From the NCBI GenBank assembly GCA_963823665.1, contig CAWGMQ010000008.1, positions 64,001-128,000 on the forward strand: a stretch of DNA of 64,000 bases. Direction: 5' to 3'. How positions within the stretch are numbered: the stretch's first letter is position 1; each line of letters starts with the position of its first letter. This DNA is from an uncultured Planctomycetota bacterium (GTDB lineage Bacteria; Planctomycetota; Planctomycetia; Isosphaerales; Isosphaeraceae). Of the stretch, positions 30,735 to 40,230 are shown one piece after another. Position numbers and translations under genes: made by a program. Below the pieces are notes generated by a model, which saw nothing but the letters and a program-made list of their open reading frames with translations, searched no databases and had not been told where the DNA came from.

Positions 30735-33437
30735 CTACCCTGCAGAGAGCGGGGTTTCTGCCCTGTGCGCGAATTCTACGTGGAGTCTCGTAGGCTGGAT
30801 GCCGCACCTGCGGTCGAGGGTCCGGAGTGTCAGCTTGACGATCACGGCGCTCAGCACGATGAATACTGCGTTCCACCACGACGCCCACCGGACTGTCTCC
30901 GAGATCACGTCGTCCAGGCACATGTTGACCAGAAGACAGATGAAGGAACCAGGAAAGCTCACCAGCGTCACACCCCACGGAAGTGTCGAAGACGTCGCCA
31001 GAAGATAGGCAATCGGCCAGCCGATGGTCACACAGAGAAACACGCACACACTTGCCGCGATCGCTCGAGCACGGCTCTTCATCCAGAGCCCCAGCGCCAG
31101 GCCAAGACTGACGTACGCCGCACCGTGCACCAGGAGCGTGAACACCGCGAGAACGGCTGTGCCCAGAAACCTCGAGCGCGGCGGACTCGGTCTCATCGCC
31201 GTCGCCGCCGCAATCTCCTGATCCGTGGCGAATCGAATGGTATTGACGCCGGCAGCGTCCGTCGTCGTGACATATGTCGTGCCGTTGTGGAATGTATCAA
31301 TCTTCTCCGTGACACCGCCAGCAAGCGTCGTGATCTTCGGTATCACGTGGATCGGCATGCGAGCGGTGGCCAGGGCAAGCGCGAATAACGCCGGGCCGAT
31401 CGCCAGCATCAGAACCAGGCGATAACTCTCCCACCATCGTCTGGTGAAAGTCGATCGGTCGAGTACAACCGCCGCGGCCTCCACGGCCTGGAGGTGTGGT
31501 GCGTTTCTACGGAAGATCAACAACGGCGCGAGTGCCGACAGCAGAAGGAATCCACCGGTCAGCAGGAAGCCGCATGCCAAGATTGCGGTGTCATCCAACT
31601 GGTCCTCGCCGAGTCCTCTGATCCAGAGCGTAATCGCCCCAAAAAGCCCGCCCGCGCTGAGCGCTGCCGCCAGGACTAAAATGACATCGGAGAGCACCGG
31701 CGTTTGTCGCGGCTGGTCGGGAATGCGGCCGAAGCAGCGGTCGAAGGTGCGCACCGTCAGCCACAAGAGCCCGAAAGCCACCACCGTGCACTCGATGTTC
31801 CAGAAAGCGATCCACCAGAAATAGCCGCGGAACTGGAAGTAACGCATTGTGAGAGTTTCGGCAAGATTTGAGGTGGCAACGATAGGGCTCAGGCAACTGA
31901 TTCCCTGGCCGGCCATACCGACGCGGCTGGCCACGACGAGGAGCGGCCAGCCGGCGCTAACCATCACGGCGATCGCCACACTTGTGGCGATCGCGCGGCT
32001 CTGGCGCTGGATCCAGGTTGCCAGCGCCAGGCCGATGCTGGCCGCGAGTGCGCCGTGAACGAAAACCGTCGCGACGAGAAGAGCAGCGCCCACAAGCAGA
32101 TCTCTTCGCGGCAATTTCAGGTAGTAATCCGGCAGCATCCCCGGTGGCACAGGCACGCTCGGGGGAGCGTGACGGGCGGTGGCAAATGCCAGCGCAACCA
32201 GCGCGGGCCCGAGCATCAGAAAAAGCACGAAACGTACTGTTCCCAGCCACTTTCCGACGACGATCGCGCGGGTGGAAAGCGCGGTCGCGGCCAGGAGATC
32301 GAGGCTGCCGCGCTGGCGCTCTTCCGACATCGACATGGGGGCCACCGCCGACAACATCAGAAGCCCGAAAACCACCTGCAGAATGCACCCGATCATTCCT
32401 GCCACTGGCGCGGCGGACCGACCCATCGTGTCCAAGCCGTGCCTCCATACGCTCACGGCGCCGACCAAGCACGCGATACCGGTCGAGCCGCCGATCAGTA
32501 CGATCAGGGTCAACAGCCAGCGCGAAGGTCGCGAGCGATGCCACTCACGCCAGAGCACGGGATTACGGTCGAGCGAGGGACCGGGCAGCCATCGCAACAA
32601 TCGGGCCAGAACGCGAAAAGCGGGCTCTTTTCGGTCGTCCACGTTCCCGCGGCGTGCGACGGGACGCATCCGCCACACCGCCAGAAGAATCAATAGCGCC
32701 GCAGCCGCGAGCGTGATCGCGAAGAAGCCGACGTAGTCCCAGAAACCGATCCGGAACGGCACGGAATAGGGGGCGAAAGCCAGATAGTAGGGATCGGCGA
32801 CGAGACTCCAGTGAGGAGGTGCGCTGGCCCACCGGCCGCGAGCGAGACCGGACCAGATCGGCCACAACATCAGAAGGAGGATCCAGAACGTGTAGGTCAC
32901 GAGCACGACCTCGTGGGGCTTTCTGGCCCATACTGACAATGCCAGAGCCAGCGCGCAGCCGAGCAGGGCGACGGCCAGAATGATCGCGAACGCCAGGGTC
33001 AGTGCCGTCAGATCGATTCCGCCCAGAAGGGAGCAGATCGCCAGAACGGGCCAGGTACATGCGACCAGCCCGAGAATCGGCAAGAGCCGCGCGGCCAGCT
33101 TGCCCAGCACGATCTCCGGATCGGTGAGGTCGGTCACCAGCATGTGGGTGAGCGTCCCGCGAGCACGGTCAACGCAGATCGCCCCCGCGGTCGCGGCCGG
33201 AGCCGCCAGCATCACGAGCGTCAGTTCTACGCCGATGATCGCGTAGAAGTAGGACTCGCCCAGTGCGGCGTATTCCTGCCAAACGCGCGTCGGGTCCAAC
33301 GTGCCCCGGGTCACTGCGATCGATGCAATCGCCACGAGCAATATGGCCACGCCCGCCGCGCGAATGGCGTACGTCTGCCACCGGCGGGAGTTGGCCAGGC
33401 ACTCGTAGATGAAGACGGGACTCAGTCCCGGGCGCAT
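30735..33437 (-). CDS. Large ABC-2-type transporter permease, tandem paralog
   Basis: Colinear with and highly similar to 27962-30670, same C-terminus HVEFAH.AETPLSAG. Confidence 0.85.
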   Translation of the reverse strand: MRPGLSPVFIYECLANSRRWQTYAIRAAGVAILLVAIASIAVTRGTLDPTRVWQEYAALGESYFYAIIGVELTLVMLAAPAATAGAICVDRARGTLTHMLVTDLTDPEIVLGKLAARLLPILGLVACTWPVLAICSLLGGIDLTALTLAFAIILAVALLGCALALALSVWARKPHEVVLVTYTFWILLLMLWPIWSGLARGRWASAPPHWSLVADPYYLAFAPYSVPFRIGFWDYVGFFAITLAAAALLILLAVWRMRPVARRGNVDDRKEPAFRVLARLLRWLPGPSLDRNPVLWREWHRSRPSRWLLTLIVLIGGSTGIACLVGAVSVWRHGLDTMGRSAAPVAGMIGCILQVVFGLLMLSAVAPMSMSEERQRGSLDLLAATALSTRAIVVGKWLGTVRFVLFLMLGPALVALAFATARHAPPSVPVPPGMLPDYYLKLPRRDLLVGAALLVATVFVHGALAASIGLALATWIQRQSRAIATSVAIAVMVSAGWPLLVVASRVGMAGQGISCLSPIVATSNLAETLTMRYFQFRGYFWWIAFWNIECTVVAFGLLWLTVRTFDRCFGRIPDQPRQTPVLSDVILVLAAALSAGGLFGAITLWIRGLGEDQLDDTAILACGFLLTGGFLLLSALAPLLIFRRNAPHLQAVEAAAVVLDRSTFTRRWWESYRLVLMLAIGPALFALALATARMPIHVIPKITTLAGGVTEKIDTFHNGTTYVTTTDAAGVNTIRFATDQEIAAATAMRPSPPRSRFLGTAVLAVFTLLVHGAAYVSLGLALGLWMKSRARAIAASVCVFLCVTIGWPIAYLLATSSTLPWGVTLVSFPGSFICLLVNMCLDDVISETVRWASWWNAVFIVLSAVIVKLTLRTLDRRCGIQPTRLHVEFAHRAETPLSAG

Positions 33438-33564
33438 GGCTCATTCCGGTTTGAGGATTCTGACTTCTGTCATACACCGAGCATACAGCGATCGCAGCAC
33501 ACGGGCACGGGAATTTTCTGCGTTGCGTTCATCTTGCGGATGCGGTCCGCTCGGGCGTGGTTGA

Positions 33565-34143
33565 TCAGTCCTTGGTCGTTGGCCCGCGATCCGTCTGCCC
33601 CTTGGCGGCGCCGGTGGCCGCCTCGGGGCTCTTCCTCGCGCCGACGGATTTGCGCGAGAGCTGGACCGTCAAGAGCGCCAGGTCTTCCATCGCATCGGTC
33701 AGCCGGTTGAGCGAGGAGATATAAGTCTTGTTCGGCTCGCTGCGATACGATGCGATCGCCCGCTGCACCTTGAGCTTGATTTCTTCCAGCTCCGGTCCGT
33801 GCGCTCCGTTTTGCCGGGCGTTCTGGAGTGCGACATCGACCGCGCTCATGAGTTTGTTGAGCCGCTCTTCGACGTTCTTGAAGTTGGCGGAGATCTCTTC
33901 CTTCGCGGCGTCGAATTCCGCGGCCTTGGTGCCGATCCGGTTCCTCAATTGGTCGTAGTGCGTCATAGCCAGATCCGCCACGCGCTTGTCCCTTCGTTGA
34001 GCCTCCAGCGCGGACGCGAGCCTCGCTTGAGCACTTGCAACGGAGGCGTAAAGAAAATACGAGCTGACCGCCAGGATCACCGTGAGTGTGATGAATGCCG
34101 CGACGGCGATCTTGAGGCCCTGCGACTCACTATCTTCGGCCAT
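33565..34143 (-). CDS. Hypothetical membrane-anchored coiled-coil protein
   Basis: ESQGLKIAVAAFITLTVILAVSSYFLY TM helix followed by helical, charged sequence. Confidence 0.7.
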   Translation of the reverse strand: MAEDSESQGLKIAVAAFITLTVILAVSSYFLYASVASAQARLASALEAQRRDKRVADLAMTHYDQLRNRIGTKAAEFDAAKEEISANFKNVEERLNKLMSAVDVALQNARQNGAHGPELEEIKLKVQRAIASYRSEPNKTYISSLNRLTDAMEDLALLTVQLSRKSVGARKSPEAATGAAKGQTDRGPTTKD

Positions 34144-34330
34144 GGTTAATTGCTCCACCCGAACGGAGCGGTAGCGACCTGCTTATCCGGTCCGCCGATT
34201 TGCTGATGATAGGCTACACGCGGGAGGAAGCCAGGCTGCCGTCGAAAATCGGCCCCAACGCATTCGTCGAGGTCCGCCTCGCCGGCATAAACCACCTCTC
34301 AGCGTCAATCGTAAGTCAAGCTGAGCATCC

Positions 34331-35443
34331 TTAACAGCGGATCAAGGCGCCATCAGCACCGTTCGTCATTGAAACAGTTGTGGCTGCCGCGGCGGTTCGG
34401 TCTTCGGTGCGCACTCGGTGGGTGATCGCGTCGGCGATCCGTGAGAGGGGCAAGATTTCTTGAGCCGCACCAATCTCGACGGCGGCACTGGGCATCTCGC
34501 TGGCTACGCTCGTGGATGGGTCTTGGGCAATCGTCCACCAGCCCTGACTGCGAAGCTGTAGCAGCCCCTTGGCGCCATCTCGCCCCATTCCGGTCAACAG
34601 CACCGCGACTCCAGGCATGGGCCAGTTCCGCGCCAGGCTCTCGAAAAAGACGTCGACGGAAGGGCGGCAGCAGTTCGTTTGCGGCTCGACTGAGTAATGC
34701 AGGCGGCGGTATTCGCTCAGAACGAGGTGGTCGTTCGTGCCGGCGAGCAGGACCTCGTCCGGATGCGGGATGCGCCCGTCCGTGATCAGCGTGACTCGCC
34801 GTCCGGACTGATCGAAGAGCCATTGCCCCAAACCCTGGGAGAATGCCGAGTCGAGGTGCTGGACGATGATGATCCCGGAGTCAAGCGTGGCGGGTAGACC
34901 GGAAAGTACCTCGACCAAGGCGCGAGGGCCTCCGGTTGCAGCCCCCAAGACGATGAGGCCATGCAGCGGTGGCATGGGGAGGCTGGCAGTCGGCGTCGGC
35001 GGGGCTGAGGTCGCCAGGCCGGTTCGAGCTGGCGACGACTCGGTCGCCTTGCCAATGAGCTGGCCGATCGATTCGATCTTGTCCAAGAGGAGTCGGGCGC
35101 CATCGAGCCCGCCGCGTGGAGAGAGCACGGGCGTGTCGATCGCGTCGAGCGCGCCATGGCCCATTGCCTCGTAAACCTTGTCCAGATGTCCGCTGACCGT
35201 CGCTGTGACCAGCAGGATCGCGCAAGGCAACTCGGTCATGATCTGGCGCGTCGCCTCGACGCCGTCGATTCCGGGCATGAACAGATCCATCAGGATCACG
35301 TCCGGCCGATCCTCGCGAGTCCGCGCAATCGCCTCGCCGCCGTCATTCGCCGTCCAGGCGACCTCATGATCGGGCGACGACATCAAGACGCGGCTCATTG
35401 CCACGCGAGCCGAAATCAGGTCGTTGACGATTCCAATTCTCAT
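34331..35443 (-). CDS. cheB: WspF/CheB-like REC plus methylesterase protein; catalytic Ser position is Ala
   Basis: MRIGIVND start, ILMDLFMPGIDG, LGAATGGP, IVQH, RPSVDVFF, LTGMGRDGAKGL. Confidence 0.88.
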   Translation of the reverse strand: MRIGIVNDLISARVAMSRVLMSSPDHEVAWTANDGGEAIARTREDRPDVILMDLFMPGIDGVEATRQIMTELPCAILLVTATVSGHLDKVYEAMGHGALDAIDTPVLSPRGGLDGARLLLDKIESIGQLIGKATESSPARTGLATSAPPTPTASLPMPPLHGLIVLGAATGGPRALVEVLSGLPATLDSGIIIVQHLDSAFSQGLGQWLFDQSGRRVTLITDGRIPHPDEVLLAGTNDHLVLSEYRRLHYSVEPQTNCCRPSVDVFFESLARNWPMPGVAVLLTGMGRDGAKGLLQLRSQGWWTIAQDPSTSVASEMPSAAVEIGAAQEILPLSRIADAITHRVRTEDRTAAAATTVSMTNGADGALIRC

Positions 35444-35735
35444 TTGAACGACTTCGACCTCCGCGGCTGGTGGTTGGGGGGGCGGGCGACGTGGTCAGGC
35501 GCATCGCTGGAAGTCGCCTGATCCATTCACTTTTCTGTGCTACCGTCCGTGCTTCTTTTTCGTGTTGGGTGTCACCGACCTTGAACGCATCGAGCGTTCG
35601 CTCTGAAGCAAGCATAGGTCACGGTTAACGGATCCTGCCTCTCCGACGAGTCGATTCGTCGGATGCGCCGTGTGATCCCGTTAGCGGATGCCTATCGTAT
35701 AATGCTCAGGACCGACCATCTGTGCGGGCCCTCGT

Positions 35736-36206
35736 ATGGCCGAACGCGAACGTTGCCCGAACTGCGACTCGGAACTGCCGTTTGACTCCCCTCAGGGCCT
35801 TTGCCCGGCCTGCCTGCTTCGGCAAGGACTGGGTACCGAGGATCCGGCCGCGCCGATACACCTAAAGCATTCGTCAACGGGATCACCGGACCGTGTGGCG
35901 CTTGACTGGCGTCGCCATTCACATCCTCGACTCGACTGGGCGCCTCGAACTCAAGTCAAACTGGTTCGGGGAGGAGGCTCAGCGGATCGGCGGGCGGATG
36001 ACGGTGTTGACCCTGCTCCTGCTAACCAGCTTTATCGTCTTCAATTTTATCAGCTTTCGCTCGCTCGCCGCGCCTGGATGGCTAGCGGGGGTTTTCGTCG
36101 CGCGTTCTCGGAGGATCAGCCCGTACTTGATGCCCTTCGCTCAATCACAGCCAAAGGCACGACTGTCGTCGCCTGGATCTTCATCGTTGCGATGGCCGTC
36201 CTGTGA
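35736..36206 (+). CDS. Hypothetical protein with double CxxC Zn finger and hydrophobic C-terminus (may be frameshifted)
   Basis: RCPNCDSELPFDSPQGLCPACLLRQGL; TATAAT at 35698. Confidence 0.5.
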   Translation: MAERERCPNCDSELPFDSPQGLCPACLLRQGLGTEDPAAPIHLKHSSTGSPDRVALDWRRHSHPRLDWAPRTQVKLVRGGGSADRRADDGVDPAPANQLYRLQFYQLSLARRAWMASGGFRRAFSEDQPVLDALRSITAKGTTVVAWIFIVAMAVL

Positions 36207-36265
36207 CATTTACGTTCGCATACCCGAATAAGACGATGCGGAGAGCGCTCTGAACCGAATCGCTG

Positions 36266-36631
36266 ATGCTTTTAACCTGCGGGAATTGTGGCAAGGTGAC
36301 GAGTACCCGCTCGTCCATTCCGGACCGACAGGGGAATCTGAAGTGCTCGTGCGGCTCGACGGTGCGCGTACCGGAGCTCGCGCCTTCGCCGCTCGCTCGC
36401 GCGATGCACCGGCTGGCTGTCTCGCTTTTCAGCGGCTTCATCGCCGCGTTCGTCTGGTTAAACCTCTCCTACCGCGTTCTTCGGATGGTCGCAGCAGCTC
36501 GGGAAACCTGGTTCTGGTTGCTGGGACTCTCAGGCGGCGCAGCCTTCGTACTCGGAGCAATTCTCGGTGAACGCTTCCTGGATTGGCTGCTCAATTTGTT
36601 TCCTTCGCATAAGGATTCATCCCATCGCTAA
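36266..36631 (+). CDS. Small Zn-ribbon membrane protein
   Basis: CGNCGK...KCSCG followed by two hydrophobic helices. Confidence 0.6.
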   Translation: MLLTCGNCGKVTSTRSSIPDRQGNLKCSCGSTVRVPELAPSPLARAMHRLAVSLFSGFIAAFVWLNLSYRVLRMVAAARETWFWLLGLSGGAAFVLGAILGERFLDWLLNLFPSHKDSSHR

Positions 36632-36812
36632 ATCCAATAGCTAGACGTCGATGCCGGGCCCAAATAGAGGGAATCGGGATCGGTGGTTCCGGCGTTAAGT
36701 AATCGCCGGTGCGGACATACTGGACGGGCCGGGCTTCCTCGAGTTTGGTGAGAATTCCGAGAATGTCGGCCCGCGTGGCGAGGAAAAAGTTCCGTCGTGT
36801 CTTCTTAGCCAT
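36591..36812 (-). pseudogene. Probable N-terminal fragment of a hypothetical protein
   Basis: FFLATRADILGILTKLEEARPVQYVRTG looks protein-like, then runs into the convergent gene. Confidence 0.35.
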
Positions 36813-37134
36813 TCTTGACCCTCGAGGAGAGTTGTTGCAGCAGTTTTTCGCCGGCGTTCACATGGATCCTGTCGATTTCGGAGGTCGGCTCAAGTCTACT
36901 GGTTCCTTCGGGCACGACGAAGAAGAAACCGTTGCCCGCCCAATGAGCGACCGATATACCCACCTTTGTTGCACTCGGGAGACCGCCAAACGATGCAAGT
37001 CGATCATTTGCCCAAGCGGTGCGCTGTGCCGACCCTCCTCATCGAATCTTCGCTGGACGTGTCGCGTCCTTCGGGTTCCAATGCTCTTGTCCGGGATGAC
37101 CCTGCTGCTGAACGGCCAACCTGAGTTCTGTCTC

Positions 37135-37705
37135 ATGGGCGTCCTTTCGTTGTTCTTCTTTCTTGCAAGCGTCTTGGCATTGCTGGGCGACGCGGAGCCT
37201 GTGGCCGACCTCGTCGTCGTGAACGCCAAAGTGATCACCGTCTGCAAGTCGACTCCGCGAGCCGAAGGCTTCGCGGTCCGTGGCGGAAAGTTCCCGGTGG
37301 TCGGGGCGAAGGGCGACGTTCAGGCTCTCATCGGAAGGGACACGGACTTCCCCCGCACGAACCTCCGCCACCGGATCGAGCACGCGAGCGTTGCCCTCCC
37401 GCCTTTGCTCGAGCGCGCGAAGCGGCTCGGGGTTGTGCTGGCTCTTCACTCTTACATTTACGAACACGGCGACAAGATGGAACCGTATGGTGCCTTCCGT
37501 TGGAGCCTCATGCACCCGAACCGCTCGGCCCTGGACATGGGCATTCCGGTCGCCGGCACATCGGACTACCCCGTGAGCGCGGCCGACCCGCTGCTCAGGA
37601 TCCAGGACCTTGCCACGCGCCGCAGCGCTCAAGGGAAGGTGAGGCCCGCAGCAGATCATCACGCCCGAGAAGGCGATCGCCGTCTGGACACTCGGCAGCG
37701 GCTAG
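37135..37705 (+). pseudogene. Amidohydrolase_3-family remnant with large internal deletion
   Basis: N-terminal ADLVVVNAKVITV...FAVRGGKF joined directly to late motifs RHRIEHAS, GIPVAGTSDYPV; then shifted GPQQIITPEKAIAVWTLGSG-stop. Confidence 0.8.
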
Positions 37706-37709
37706 GCGA

Positions 37710-37953
37710 GGCGAGGGAGGGTTGGCCGGTTCACCTGCTGCTCGCCCAATTATTCGTCGAAGACTCCGATGCGCTCTTCGAGCGAGCTGTCAACGCCGGT
37801 GCCAAGGTGACGATGCCCATGACCGAAATGTTCTTCGGATTCCGTGTGGGGCATGTCGTCGATCCCTTCAGAGGCACATGGGTCGTCTCCTCGCGAAAAG
37901 AAATTGTCTCCCTCGAGGAAATGCAGCGAAGGATTAACGAGACCGCTTTTTGA
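37710..37953 (+). pseudogene. C-terminal half of a VOC/glyoxalase (PhnB-like) protein
   Basis: LFVEDSDALFERAVNAGAKVTMPMTEMFFGFRVGHVVDPFRGTW; N-terminal half absent. Confidence 0.75.
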
Positions 37954-38079
37954 GGCTCGGCGGCTCCGGAATGCCGAAGACGTGCGCTCAGGCGTCGCGG
38001 AACACAAACCCAGAGCCCTCGATACCCTTTCTGAAGTCACGGACGACACCTGTCAGATTCGCGGCGCTGTCGATATCGG

Positions 38080-38610
38080 TCACGAGAGGGTCAGGCGGCC
38101 CGTCGGAAGGCGCCGGCGCGTCACACTGACTGTTGATATAAAAATATTATATTGCCAACCAAGCGAATCCGGCAACCTTTCGTGGTGGAATTCCGCCGTC
38201 TCGTCCGAGATCAAACGGGCGATTCGCGCGAGGTTCGGCTCCTCGGGTGCCTGGCCCTTGAGGGCGAAGACGCGGTGAGCGATATCCTGCAACGCTTCGG
38301 GATCATTGTCGAGGTCGGATTCGGGGTTAAACGCGACGACCGCTGGCAGGTCGTCGTTGCCAGGCATGTACGCCCGGCGATACGCCTGGACAATAGCACC
38401 CCACACGACCTTCCCACCGTCGAGCAGCAACTGGTAGTATCGCACCGCGTCCGGCGATGCCTCCTCACCAGCACAAACCTCGGCGAACTGGGGCTGGTGC
38501 GCTAATCCGAACATGCGCAACAACCGGCGCGCTCCCGTCGGGTTAAACTGATTCGGACATTCCGCGAGCCAAGAATTCATCGCGGAGTCTCGCCGAGCTT
38601 CACAAGGCAT
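38080..38610 (-). CDS. Hypothetical protein, possibly truncated
   Basis: 176-aa ORF with globular-looking sequence (GKVVWGAIVQA...PGNDDLPAVV), 9 nt downstream of the preceding gene. Confidence 0.55.
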   Translation of the reverse strand: MPCEARRDSAMNSWLAECPNQFNPTGARRLLRMFGLAHQPQFAEVCAGEEASPDAVRYYQLLLDGGKVVWGAIVQAYRRAYMPGNDDLPAVVAFNPESDLDNDPEALQDIAHRVFALKGQAPEEPNLARIARLISDETAEFHHERLPDSLGWQYNIFISTVSVTRRRLPTGRLTLS

Positions 38611-38619
38611 AGGGCTCTT

Positions 38620-38988
38620 TTACTTGCTGCTGAAGGAGCATTGATCCAGCACGATGCGCCATTCCCCACCCTGTTTCTCCCAGACCAGGAGACACCGATT
38701 GTCATCAGTGAATGAATTGCCCTCAAACGACCCGGCACCCTGAAAGCGATGCCGAACAATGGCCGCGTCATGGCCCAGGGCCCTGACAACCACGTCGGTG
38801 CGCGTCGCATGATCCAGCCGATAGCTCGGAGAGCCAATGACCGCCAGGATGGCCTGACGATCGAGGGCCAACCCATTCGGGCTAACGTATAAGTAGTCGT
38901 CGGCCATCAGACGTTCCACTGTCGTAGCGTCCTTCTCCAGCCACGCCTGATACCAGCGCTCGCTGAGGCCATGTAACTCCGTGAACAT
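38620..38988 (-). CDS. NTF2-like / DUF4440 family protein
   Basis: LMADDYLYVSPNGLALDR...LVWEKQGGEWRIV; AGGAGG RBS. Confidence 0.85.
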   Translation of the reverse strand: MFTELHGLSERWYQAWLEKDATTVERLMADDYLYVSPNGLALDRQAILAVIGSPSYRLDHATRTDVVVRALGHDAAIVRHRFQGAGSFEGNSFTDDNRCLLVWEKQGGEWRIVLDQCSFSSK

Positions 38989-39205
38989 TGACCGTTCCTC
39001 CTGCCCCGGATGCCTCCACCACCGGGCGATCCCCTACGCGGAACGCCCGCTCGCGGCGGACGAGCAAGCGCACCTGCCGCGACGGCCAGTGAGAGGTCGC
39101 ATCCGGAAAACGCTCCTGGCCTGCGATCAGCCCTATGCGGGCGGCACGCGCCGCCCTTCAGCATTATTGTAACTCGTCGCCCGTCCCGCACCATTAATGT
39201 GCCAT

Positions 39206-39232
39206 TGTCGATCCTGCGCTTCGCCGAACGAC
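39206..39232 (+). promoter_or_regulatory. Candidate ECF42-type promoter
   Basis: TGTCGA-17 nt-CGAC, 45 nt upstream of a DGPF gene pair. Confidence 0.55.
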
Positions 39233-39277
39233 TAAAATGCGTTGCTACTGAGTCGGCACTCCAATCATGAGGTCGCG

Positions 39278-39754
39278 ATGAAATTTCTTTGCCTGGTCTA
39301 CCACGAGGAAGCGAAGCTCGCCGCCTTGTCGAAATGTGAGATGGATTCGCTGGTTGGGACGTGCATCCGCTGGGTCGAGGAGCTGGAGAAAACGGGCCAC
39401 CACATCTTGTCGGCGGGCCTCCAGTCAGTTCGATCCGCCGTGACCGTGCGCATCCGCAACGGAACGCTTTCGACCACCGACGGTCCGTTTGCCGAGACCA
39501 AGGAGTTCCTGGGTGGGTTCACGCTCATCAATGTCAAGGATCTTCACGAGGCTCTTCAAATTGCCGCGAAATTCCCGTCGGCGCAGATTGGTAGCATGGA
39601 GGTGCGACCGCTGATGGACCCCGCGGAATCGGTAACCGATCCTCTCGACCAGAAAATCCAGCACGCCGTCCTTCAGAGCGCTTTCGGAGTTAACCTGTTA
39701 GCGGCCTCGAAAACTCCTTCGGTCCTCGAATCAGACAGGATGGCCGAACAATGA
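39278..39754 (+). CDS. YciI / DGPFAETKE family protein
   Basis: TDGPFAETKEFLGGF, GSMEVRP. Confidence 0.92.
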   Translation: MKFLCLVYHEEAKLAALSKCEMDSLVGTCIRWVEELEKTGHHILSAGLQSVRSAVTVRIRNGTLSTTDGPFAETKEFLGGFTLINVKDLHEALQIAAKFPSAQIGSMEVRPLMDPAESVTDPLDQKIQHAVLQSAFGVNLLAASKTPSVLESDRMAEQ

Positions 39755-40113
39755 GATTTCTTTGCATGGTCTGCTACGAGCAAAGGGCGCTCGACAGTCT
39801 TTCCAAGCCCGAATTCGATGCGCTCGTGGCCGAATCGCTCGCGTACGACGACGAACTTCGCAAAGGGGGACATTACCTGTACTCGGGCGCACTGCAATCG
39901 GTTCAAACGGCAACGACTATTCGCACCCAGTCAGGCAATGTACAGGTCACCGATGGACCATTCGCCGAGACGAAAGAGCAACTCGGCGGGTTCATTGTCA
40001 TTGAAGCACACGACCTCGATGAGGCGCTTCGGCTCGCTGCCAAGATCCCGCCAGTCCGCCTTGGGTGCATCGAGGTCCGGCCAATCCAGGAACTCGAACC
40101 ACGGTGTGATTGA
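39751..40113 (+). CDS. YciI / DGPFAETKE family protein
   Basis: TDGPFAETKEQLGGF, GCIEVRP; ATGA overlap with the previous gene. Confidence 0.92.
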   Translation: MRFLCMVCYEQRALDSLSKPEFDALVAESLAYDDELRKGGHYLYSGALQSVQTATTIRTQSGNVQVTDGPFAETKEQLGGFIVIEAHDLDEALRLAAKIPPVRLGCIEVRPIQELEPRCD

Positions 40114-40230
40114 TCCCGGCTTCACGTCCAGTCGTTGCGTCGGAATTTCCCGTCCGGGCGCCAACTGCCCTGTTTATTTCCGCGGCGGATCGTATTATTA
40201 CGCTTAGAAAAGCGCGACAGGAGGAAGTTC

